Below, piece after piece: positions 55,620 through 64,000 of a DNA stretch of 64,000 bases; positions within the stretch are counted from its first letter, which is position 1; the number at the start of each line of letters is the position of its first letter. The notes under the pieces were generated by a model that worked only from the letters and a program-made list of their open reading frames with translations, searched no databases and was not told the origin of the DNA. The DNA is taken from the NCBI GenBank assembly GCA_964355645.1, contig CAYHDI010000002.1, forward strand, positions 92,522-156,521, read 5' to 3'. The translations under genes and the position numbers were made by a program. Source of the DNA: an uncultured Candidatus Saccharibacteria bacterium (GTDB lineage Bacteria; Patescibacteriota; Minisyncoccia; Phycocordibacterales; Zambryskibacteraceae).

Positions 55620-58229
55620 TTATCCACTCAAAATTTCAATTTGTCTGTTTCTAAAGAACCACTTTGCGATCTCGATCAATCCAATGTTCAAGAGACCAAT
55701 CAACACAACGCCAATCACCCAAGTGAGAGGCAGTGCCACTGTGTTGAAAACCGTTTGCAGTCCGGGTATATAAATGGCGACGGCCATAAGCACAAGACCG
55801 ATGAAAATACTGCCATTAAGATATTTGTTTGAAAACAGCGAATACGAAAAGATGCTTCTGTCCAGACTTCGTACTGAAAGAGCAACGAGCAACGTATATG
55901 TTCCGAAAGCCGCAAAAATAAATGTTCGAACGATGGTCTCATCGAAGTCAAGTCTCATCAGGACGTAGTAAATAACAAAGAGTAGAGCACTAGTCGAGAT
56001 GCCAATGACAAGGATAAGGAATTTCATAACCGGATCAAATAGTTTTATCTTGCCTCTCTTCTGGGGCTTGTGTTTGAGACCATCTGGCTCTTGCTCAAAC
56101 GCATAAGATACGGCTGGAAAACTATCGGTAAAGAAGTTCACCCAAAGGATCTGCAGTGCATTAAGTGGCAACGGCAATCCAGTCAAAAGCGATCCGCCGA
56201 TAAGGATGAGCCCATCGGTAACATTAGAAAGGAGATAAACGAGCACCTTGCGGATGTTGCCGAGAATCTGCCGACCCTCTTCAATGGCCGCAACAATGGT
56301 CTCAAAGTTGTCATCAAGAAGCACTAGATCAGCAACACTTTGTGCCACTTCCGTGCCTGAACCCATTGCGATACCTACATCGGCTTGCTTGATGCTCGGT
56401 GCGTCATTCACTCCATCGCCGGTCATAGCCACCACCTCGCCCATCTCCTGATAGAGCTTGGCAATACGGAGTTTGTCGAATGGTGTGACACGGGAAATGA
56501 CAACAAGGTGTGGCAGACGAGCCTTCAACTCTTCTTCTGAAAGTTTAGAGAGCAGAGACGCATCAAGCATCGACTCATCATCGACTTTCATACCAATCTC
56601 TTTAGCCACGGCCATGGCCGTTCCCCGATGATCGCCGGTAAGGATAACCGTCTTCACACCGGCATCTTGTACACGGCCTATGGCATGCTTGATGCCGGGG
56701 CGAATCGGATCACGGAATGTAATGAGACCGTTGAATGATAAGTGCGATGCCGACAAGTCTTTTGAAATAGAAAAGTTTTCTGTGTGAGCCATTTCTTTAG
56801 TCGCAACTCCAAGCACGCGCTCTCCGGAGAACGCGAGAGAGTCGATCTGCTCGAGTATCGCATTCTTTTCTTTTGCACTAAGTGACGAGTGGTTAACCAG
56901 AACATCGGGTGCTCCAAAAAATACGATAAGATGTTTACCTGATTCTTTAATCAAAGATGCTGAGAACTTTTGCACCGCATTAAAAGGCATACTTTGGAAA
57001 ACATGCTCTTTGCTAGTGATGTCGGCAAATGTCATACCTCTCTGACCAGCTGAACGAACAAGAGCTGTCTCCATGATTCTGCCGTTCATGCGCCATGAGT
57101 CGGGGTCATCATGAGGATTTTCAATAAGCACGTTTGCATTGGTCAAAGCTCGAGCAATCAGTTTCTGCTCATCAATCTCAAAAGGAATTATCTTTGACAT
57201 AACCATTTTTGCCATTGTCAAAGTTCCGGTCTTATCAGTGAGAATGACCGTGGTACTACCGAGAGCTTCGGCCGCAACGAGCTTGCGTACTACACCTTTT
57301 CGCTTTGCCATCCTCTCCACACCGACCGCAAGTATAACGGTCATAGATATTGGCAATCCCTCCGGAATGGCTGACACGGCGATAGCAACGGAAGTGAGAA
57401 ACATCTCAAAGGCGGAATGTCCAACGAGGATACCTATACCAAATACCACAAGCGTCAGCACACCGAGAGCGATGCCTGAGTAGATACTGAAATTAATAAT
57501 GGCTCTCTGAAGTGGAGTCTTCTCATTCTCCGATGTTGCAATGAGCGAGGCAATCTTGCCGAGCTCAGTGCTTGAGTCGGTACGGCAAACAATAGCGGCA
57601 CATACTCCCTGAGTTACGAGCGTACCGGCAAAGATCATACAATCCTGATCCGAAAGTCCTGCTGATTCCGGCGACGGGTCTGTGGACTTTGATACCGGCA
57701 AAGATTCACCAGTGAGTATTGCCTCATCCACCTGAAAGTCATTAATGAACATGACCCGAGCATCAGCTGATACTCGATCGCCCTGTGCCAGTCGGATAAT
57801 ATCGCCGGGCACGAGATCTTCCGCATCAATCTCTCGTTCTTGTCCGTCCCGAATAACTCGTGCTCGCTGTTTAAGATACGTTTTGATTTCCGAAAGTGCA
57901 CGCACGGCCTTATTCTCCTGATAGAAGCCTAAAGCAGAGTTGACGACAACGGCGAAGAAAATAAAGAGCGCATCACGGTAGTGCGAAATGGCAAGCGTAA
58001 TGATGCCAGCAACTATAAGAACGAGAATCAAAGGACTCTGTAACTGATTGAGGAATATTTTTAGTCCGGTCGCTTTTTTAGAAGTGCTAATCGTGTTCTT
58101 CCCAAAAGCAGAAAGCCGATCCTTGACTTCTTGTGCGGATAATCCTTTTTCTACATCCGTTTCAAATAACTGTGCTGTGTCTTCAAATGATAGATGCCAA
58201 AAGTTTTTGTTTTGTATATTAGAGTCCAT
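55620..58229 (-). CDS. cation-transporting P-type ATPase (type II, Ca2+-like)
   Basis: TGES, PEGL, DKTGTLT, TGD, TGDGVNDAP. Confidence 0.96.
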   Translation of the reverse strand: MDSNIQNKNFWHLSFEDTAQLFETDVEKGLSAQEVKDRLSAFGKNTISTSKKATGLKIFLNQLQSPLILVLIVAGIITLAISHYRDALFIFFAVVVNSALGFYQENKAVRALSEIKTYLKQRARVIRDGQEREIDAEDLVPGDIIRLAQGDRVSADARVMFINDFQVDEAILTGESLPVSKSTDPSPESAGLSDQDCMIFAGTLVTQGVCAAIVCRTDSSTELGKIASLIATSENEKTPLQRAIINFSIYSGIALGVLTLVVFGIGILVGHSAFEMFLTSVAIAVSAIPEGLPISMTVILAVGVERMAKRKGVVRKLVAAEALGSTTVILTDKTGTLTMAKMVMSKIIPFEIDEQKLIARALTNANVLIENPHDDPDSWRMNGRIMETALVRSAGQRGMTFADITSKEHVFQSMPFNAVQKFSASLIKESGKHLIVFFGAPDVLVNHSSLSAKEKNAILEQIDSLAFSGERVLGVATKEMAHTENFSISKDLSASHLSFNGLITFRDPIRPGIKHAIGRVQDAGVKTVILTGDHRGTAMAVAKEIGMKVDDESMLDASLLSKLSEEELKARLPHLVVISRVTPFDKLRIAKLYQEMGEVVAMTGDGVNDAPSIKQADVGIAMGSGTEVAQSVADLVLLDDNFETIVAAIEEGRQILGNIRKVLVYLLSNVTDGLILIGGSLLTGLPLPLNALQILWVNFFTDSFPAVSYAFEQEPDGLKHKPQKRGKIKLFDPVMKFLILVIGISTSALLFVIYYVLMRLDFDETIVRTFIFAAFGTYTLLVALSVRSLDRSIFSYSLFSNKYLNGSIFIGLVLMAVAIYIPGLQTVFNTVALPLTWVIGVVLIGLLNIGLIEIAKWFFRNRQIEILSG

Positions 58230-58233
58230 AAAA

Positions 58234-58437
58234 TTAATTGAGCATCCAAGCCGGTGGATTGAGCGCCGGCTTGACCAGCATCGGGTACCAATCTTTCACC
58301 GAACCGATCGTAAAATAGCTTCCCAATCCTCCTGCCAACTGCGGAATAATAAGCGAGATGATAAGTTTGAATACCTGTCCTGAGCGTAGTCGAAGGGTGT
58401 TGACTCGTACTGAGCTTGTCGAAGTGTTGATTTTCAT
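58234..58437 (-). pseudogene. 3'-truncated TspO/MBR family gene
   Basis: WY..LVKP.LNPPAW, then a stop three codons later; TspO normally continues F.PVW for about 150 aa in total. Confidence 0.8.
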
Positions 58438-58440
58438 AAG

Positions 58441-59289
58441 TTATTTTGCAAAAGCGTCAGAAAAAATCATGACCTCTCTGCCTTTTCGTGATTCGTAAGC
58501 GTTATAATTCAAAGTAAAATTAACAATTCTACGGTCCAGATACAACGTTTTAATTTCCTTTTTATTATCATATGTAAGTAGCCAAAATGCATCGGGATTT
58601 TGGTTAAGTTTTTTTGCCAGAGCTTCGTGATCTTCTCTTTTATAATGGTTCAGATATAGCATCGAACCTTTTTCAAAATAAGGTGGGTCAAGATATATAA
58701 ATGTGTTTTTTTTATTCAAATATTCACCGATCAACTGAAGCCCGTCCTTCTTAAAAACCGATATCTTATCTTTATTGAGAACTATCTTCCGGATTCGTTC
58801 TATTAGGGTATCTTTGGTAAACCGGGCATCGATTTTATATTTACCATTTTGTTTTAGTCCACCGATAGGTCCACCGTCCAAGATGCCAGACGTATTAGTT
58901 CTATTAAGGAAAAAGGTTGCAAAACCGAGGTCAAACTGACTAGCTTTCTGATCGCTGTAAATCGCTTTTTGTCTTTTCCATTCACTAATTGTTACGGGGG
59001 TGGATTTTATTTTTTTTATGAACTTTGCAGAATGAAATATGGCTGATTTCCAGAAAGCATATATGGCTCTGTCCAGATCATTGATTACGATGCGATTAAC
59101 TTTCCCCGACAGCAATAAGGCCAGTGCCGCACCGGCACCACCAGCGAATGGTTCAACATAAGTAATATTTTCGAGCTCGTTGTCTTTCATTACACTATCG
59201 AAAAAAGGGAATAAAAAAGTTTTTCCTCCGGGATATCTTAAAGGACTACAGTGGAGTTTTTGATTTCTTTTTTGGGGTATTTTTTTCAT
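58441..59289 (-). CDS. Dam-like (D12 class) N6-adenine DNA methyltransferase
   Basis: SPLRYPGGK, EPFAGGA, FFLNRT, DPPY. Confidence 0.93.
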   Translation of the reverse strand: MKKIPQKRNQKLHCSPLRYPGGKTFLFPFFDSVMKDNELENITYVEPFAGGAGAALALLLSGKVNRIVINDLDRAIYAFWKSAIFHSAKFIKKIKSTPVTISEWKRQKAIYSDQKASQFDLGFATFFLNRTNTSGILDGGPIGGLKQNGKYKIDARFTKDTLIERIRKIVLNKDKISVFKKDGLQLIGEYLNKKNTFIYLDPPYFEKGSMLYLNHYKREDHEALAKKLNQNPDAFWLLTYDNKKEIKTLYLDRRIVNFTLNYNAYESRKGREVMIFSDAFAK

Positions 59290-59295
59290 ATGAAA

Positions 59296-60663
59296 TTATG
59301 ATTTTTTGCCAAAGTAAAAATCTAAAATATCAGCGACAATAAAGGAATCCTTCAATATGTCAGCTCGCTTGCAGATGATGTTGCCGTGGGCATATTTATC
59401 CAAAATGACCCCGAGGTTTCGCTGGTCTGAAAGCCACTCATTGGTAAGTGAAACATCGTTTTTTTGATGCTGTTTGAGCTCTTTCTTTGCTTCTTTAAGA
59501 AACAGCTCGCAAACTTGATCCTTCTTAGCCTTCTTTCCATCATTTTGATTTTCGTAATGCACACGAGCGGCAACTTCTACTAAAAGACGTAGTGCCATAC
59601 CTAGGAATGGCAATATTGCGTCATTGCCCTGATTCCTTTTATCAATATCTACAAGAGCCCGATACAAGTCATTTACCTTGCCTGAATTTAAGGCGATAGT
59701 TCTTCCAAAAAGATCGTTTGCAGATTTGGTAACCGGTGTTTTTCGTATTCGAAAATTATAATTTGTCTCTATACTGGCTTTTCCAAAAAGATCACTCTGT
59801 TTATTGCTTTCAGCCTCTTTTATTTCTTGTTTTACTCGATCATAGTCCTTATCCGAAATATTTTTCAAATAGTCCTATATCTCCTTGTTATTTAAACGAG
59901 AAAACAATTTACCATTGTGTTGGCCACTTTTGAGCACGTCCCAGACAATGACTTTTAGCTTTTTATCAAAATCGCCATCCTTTATTTTCAGTTTTTTATC
60001 GTCATCAAAAGAGAAACCAAAGAATTGCTGAGCTGGTGTTTGGCCAGTCAATCTCCAGAAAGTTGTCACATAACCCGGGCCAAGTACGGCCTCCTTTAGC
60101 TCGTTCGCTAATTCAAGATTATTAACGAATTTTGTAATACCGACTCTTATCAATTCTTTTTCGCCAGCCTTACCACGTCGTTCTTTGTGGTGAGCGATCT
60201 CGTTAGAACCCCAAGATACTTCGTTGTTTTGGTTAAGATGCTTTCTTTCGATGAATCGGTAGCCCTGTTCCAAGTCTTCGGTTACTAGGCATTCCACTTC
60301 GAAATCCTCGGAAATTCCAATCTTTGATTTAATTTTTGCGAACTTAGTTTCCTGTGCACCTGCTAATTTGGGGTTAGCTAACAATTTGTATGCGGCGATA
60401 CGCCTATTACCCTCAAGAACCACATTGCGATCATTGGAATGCCAAACTACAATTTTTTCCAACTGAGGAAGATCGACATCCTTTTCCATCTCACTAGCTA
60501 ATTTCAGAACTTGAAATTTACCCGTTAGGAAATATTTCAACAGGTCATCTTCTAGCAGACCGAAATACTGATCGGAAAAACGAGCATTTTCATCCCAGAG
60601 CGAAAAGTCCTTAATAGGGATATCTTTCTTTTTCCATTTTGAATTTTCGATAATCATATTCAT
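59296..60663 (-). pseudogene. ParB/Srx-like N-terminal domain protein interrupted by one in-frame TAG (59875-59877)
   Basis: The two ORFs are in frame: NNKEI*DYLKNISDK; N.RF and VLEGNRRIAA.KLL ParB-like motifs. Confidence 0.75.
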
Positions 60664-60680
60664 TTTTAAGCTAAATTTTT

Positions 60681-62216
60681 TTACGTTACACCATAAAGAA
60701 CATGATTGTTCTCGATATGACTAAGAAATTCCTCAATCGTCTTTGGCAAAATTGAAAGATTCTCTTTCTCCTTAACGTAATTAATCTGCATGACCGAATC
60801 TTTGAATATGCTTGGGGCTACGAAGTAGCACACGGAATCCTTTGTGCCTTTTTGAAATTCTCCTAAATGTCTTGAGATCGGCCAGACTTCCATCATGGTT
60901 TGCATACGTCCTTCAGACATAGTTACTTCAACCAATATACCCTTAACATCTTCGAAGCATTCGATATCACCTTTGTCTCCAACACCTCCAGCTGTTGAGG
61001 TCGGAAGTCCTTCGTCATCATAAGGATAATTGGGGATCACCTTAACATTTGGAAATTTTGATTTGATAGCCAAAGACACAAGAAACTCAAGTCTGACGGG
61101 ATTTGATAAGTATTTCAAAATATCGTCTTTCGTGAGTCTTTTCTTAGCCAGATTTAGCATTTCGTCCTTAATTTTGTTCCAAGGATAAATACCAATCCAC
61201 TTGGCCAAAAATGCATCTCTTTCGCCAACACTTACCGGTTTAGCAACAAACGAGATTAGATTTTCGTCCACTGCCGACATGTAATCAAAGTAAGATTCTT
61301 CTGCAGTGTATTTTTTGTAATCAGAATAATTTGCCAAAGCATAATCAACCTTCTTCTGCTCATTTCTGTTTATATCAACAAAGCGGCCAGCACCCCTTAA
61401 TGAGATCAACCCCGTGAGTCTCATTTTTCTAATGAATTCATCAGGGTAATCAACCATTATCGACTTCGGATTGAACTTCTTGAAATCACCCTTCATGATT
61501 TGGTTAACGCAAATATCAACGATAACTTCCCAGCTCGGGGTATAGCCATGTTCTTTTCTAATTTTCTTTATAAGCTTATATAAAGCATCTGCGTTATTGT
61601 CTTTCCAAAAGATAATCAATGGCAATTCCAGTTTAGAAATTCCGGTCCCGTTTAAATCTTTATCAGCATTTATTTTATTGATCACGCTCAGTAATAAAAT
61701 CAGTGGCGCATTTTCATTGAGTACTCGTCTGAATGGACTATTGCTTTGATATTTCACGAAAGCGTTCAGAAAGGCCTGTTGTTCAAATTCTGGGTGTTCG
61801 TTATCAACTAATTTTAATCCGATATCAGAAAATCTCACCTTTTCACCATTTTTGTAATAGACGAAGCCGAGTTCCTTGGCGATCTTAAACCAAGTATCAA
61901 ATCGGGAAGCCCAGCCCTTACTAAAACCGGCCTCTTTGTGATTCTGCGGATTGTCCTCAAGAACCTTTTTAACTTCAAAATCGGACAATGGTTCTTTTGT
62001 TTCAATCTTTTTCTTTATAACAGCACTTATCTTGGTCGGTTTATACAAGCCAACTCGAATGACTTCCCCGGAAATTTCTTCAGCCAACTGATCATCGAGA
62101 ACTTTCCCGTCATAATCCTTAAGGACTCCTAAAAACCACTTGAGTCTCTCCGGATTTCTAAGTGTGGTAGTAAACAATAGTGGTTTGTATTCTGATTCTC
62201 TTGTTTTTGTTTTCAT
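60681..62216 (-). CDS. AlwI-family type IIS restriction endonuclease
   Basis: FTTT.RNPER at N-terminus; LP.STAGG..GDIEC..LVEVT catalytic region; follows two MTases. Confidence 0.85.
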   Translation of the reverse strand: MKTKTRESEYKPLLFTTTLRNPERLKWFLGVLKDYDGKVLDDQLAEEISGEVIRVGLYKPTKISAVIKKKIETKEPLSDFEVKKVLEDNPQNHKEAGFSKGWASRFDTWFKIAKELGFVYYKNGEKVRFSDIGLKLVDNEHPEFEQQAFLNAFVKYQSNSPFRRVLNENAPLILLLSVINKINADKDLNGTGISKLELPLIIFWKDNNADALYKLIKKIRKEHGYTPSWEVIVDICVNQIMKGDFKKFNPKSIMVDYPDEFIRKMRLTGLISLRGAGRFVDINRNEQKKVDYALANYSDYKKYTAEESYFDYMSAVDENLISFVAKPVSVGERDAFLAKWIGIYPWNKIKDEMLNLAKKRLTKDDILKYLSNPVRLEFLVSLAIKSKFPNVKVIPNYPYDDEGLPTSTAGGVGDKGDIECFEDVKGILVEVTMSEGRMQTMMEVWPISRHLGEFQKGTKDSVCYFVAPSIFKDSVMQINYVKEKENLSILPKTIEEFLSHIENNHVLYGVT

Positions 62217-62220
62217 ATAT

Positions 62221-63126
62221 TTAGTAATTGGTAATTAACGCTTCCTTAATCTGTTTCTTACCATTATTGTGATAACTGATGTAATTGCTCTCTATCTTGT
62301 GGGTCTTATATTTTTTCATCCAGTCAATCAACAAATCATTTTTACTACCGTTATAGTGCGTCACATTCGATAGAGCAAACTTAACACCTTTTTTATCCAG
62401 ATCATCGATTGTTTTTAATAAGTCAGCTTCAGCTTTTTGATCCCACCGTTTGTTGTATTCGCTGGCTGTTATGAGGTATGGCGGGTCTAGATAAACAAAG
62501 TCGTTTTTCCCATATTTTCGGCCAACAAAATAACTTCTAAAATCTTTCGAGCTTAAAGTTATTTTCTTATTTCGAGTAAAGTCAAAGTAGCCATTCAGAG
62601 CATTAACAACATTTTTATTAAAATCAACATTGCCAACTGGTAGATTGAATTTACCGCCTCCATTGAATCTCAACATTCTATTGAATCCGTAGATAAGCAA
62701 GATATACAGAATTAGAGGATCGTTTTTTATATTCTTATTTACGCAAACTCTTAATTTCTCATAACCCTCTTTGTTAAATCTGGCAAAATAGGTTTTCTTC
62801 CATTCCTTTTTTAAAGAGACTGGGATTACGTCTTCCTTGTATGATCGTGATAGACGATACTTTTTTATTATCTTTTCTACATTCTTAAAAAATAAATCTG
62901 GGTTATTGGAACTACCAACTAAAAATCGATGTATATTAATAAGATTTTTGTCATTATCATTCAGGAAATATTTGTCAGCCTGAATATTCAAAAAGACCGT
63001 TCCACCGCCGACAAACGGTTCATAGAAGTTGCTTACTTCCTTTGGAAATAAACCAACCAACTGCTTCATTAACTTGTATTTATCCCCGACGTAAAACAGG
63101 GGGGATCTTTTGATTTTATTTTGCAT
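62221..63126 (-). CDS. Dam-family N6-adenine MTase (M2 of the type IIS system)
   Basis: Y.GDKYKL, EPFVGGG, RFN..G.FN.P.G, DPPY. Confidence 0.92.
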   Translation of the reverse strand: MQNKIKRSPLFYVGDKYKLMKQLVGLFPKEVSNFYEPFVGGGTVFLNIQADKYFLNDNDKNLINIHRFLVGSSNNPDLFFKNVEKIIKKYRLSRSYKEDVIPVSLKKEWKKTYFARFNKEGYEKLRVCVNKNIKNDPLILYILLIYGFNRMLRFNGGGKFNLPVGNVDFNKNVVNALNGYFDFTRNKKITLSSKDFRSYFVGRKYGKNDFVYLDPPYLITASEYNKRWDQKAEADLLKTIDDLDKKGVKFALSNVTHYNGSKNDLLIDWMKKYKTHKIESNYISYHNNGKKQIKEALITNY

Positions 63127-64000
63127 AATCGGTGGTGGTCACAAACAAGTATTCCTTATGATTCTTGAAATCGGTATTACCGGCATTAAAATGCCTGTAA
63201 TCTTTTTCAAAAATCTTTGTTTTACCCTTTGATGTTAAAATATCTTTTATTTCCTGTAGTGTGATCTTATTTTTTGAAGAATTGCTTTTTGAATCGTAAG
63301 TATTGTTGTATGACAGCACTAGATATTTGGCATCTAAATCCCGGACCAACTCGGCAAGCCTATCTCTTGCCCGTACCTTACAGTAATCGCTCATATTTTC
63401 TTCTTCAGGTTTTAGTGCTGTTCCGTAGAGTTTTGGTTTATCCCACTTCGTAAGAGTCTCAAGTACATGATAAAAACGGCTGTATTGTCTTGAATTATAT
63501 GGAGGATCAATATAGACAACATCCGCTTTGATCTTTTTTGCCAAAAGATTTGTGTCTTCTCTAAAGATAGCCACTTTCTTTACTTCGATTGGATCAATTG
63601 GCCTCATAAAAAACCCGTCTTCAACATGATCCTTTTTGAAATAGGCATCATAGTGACCAACCGTATTTGCAACCTTATCAATTGAATACAACAAAGAAGC
63701 AACAAGAATATAATATTCCTTATCAGTTAAATTGCCTTTATTTTCCTCTATATTTTCTCTGATGAATCCAATTATCTTTGAGGAATTATGACTGAAATAC
63801 TTTCCACCAAAGTTTTCAGAGAAATAATTCTTTTCTAAGTCTTCGCCGTTGATGTTGTTGTAATTTTTGATTATATCGTCAAGCTTTTGTTTGTCCCACT
63901 TACCGTTACCGAAAAAAGCTTGATAGATTGCGTAATTGGAATGTAAAAAATCATTCAATATGATTTCATCAAAATGCCTAGCCGCGACAGCCGAAACCAC
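63116..64000 (-). CDS. N6-adenine MTase (M1 of the type IIS system), 5' end outside the window
   Basis: NDFL.SN, ANTVGHYDAY, YIDPPYNSRQYSRFYHVLE. Confidence 0.88.
   Translation of the reverse strand: MVSAVAARHFDEIILNDFLHSNYAIYQAFFGNGKWDKQKLDDIIKNYNNINGEDLEKNYFSENFGGKYFSHNSSKIIGFIRENIEENKGNLTDKEYYILVASLLYSIDKVANTVGHYDAYFKKDHVEDGFFMRPIDPIEVKKVAIFREDTNLLAKKIKADVVYIDPPYNSRQYSRFYHVLETLTKWDKPKLYGTALKPEEENMSDYCKVRARDRLAELVRDLDAKYLVLSYNNTYDSKSNSSKNKITLQEIKDILTSKGKTKIFEKDYRHFNAGNTDFKNHKEYLFVTTTDYAK

Noticed and set aside
1147-62132. Many 60-170 aa antisense or nested ORFs in the ORF track
   Set aside because: They shadow confidently identified genes and show no independent motifs.
54037-64000. Island integrated at tRNA-Val
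   Set aside because: The accessory genes lie on the tRNA 5' side, and no duplicated tRNA 3' end or integrase is visible.

Overview
A gene-dense chromosomal fragment that looks like a Patescibacteria/CPR (Parcubacteria-like) genome. That assignment is inferred from compact core proteins, typical CPR hypotheticals and leaderless-type promoters. The backbone is housekeeping genes: tRNA synthetases, the alpha/S9 ribosomal cluster, dnaK/dnaJ/grpE, mraY/ftsW/murG, scpAB, dnaB, recR and three tRNAs. Five things stand out. (1) Several families of short palindromic or heptamer repeats sit in-frame inside essential genes, and one family is clustered next to a GIY-YIG nuclease gene. (2) A probably autoregulated MerR-HTH/HATPase + STAS(DUF4325) cassette is bracketed by a duplicated dnaJ 3' tail. 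(3) A rod-shaped 6S-like RNA candidate lies at 49877-50010. (4) Several orphan genes have their own promoter, SD and terminator. (5) A terminal defence island carries two MTases and an AlwI-family REase, followed by a ParB-like gene split by one TAG and a third Dam-like MTase, next to a truncated tspO. All calls are by eye from motifs; no searches or folding programs were run.
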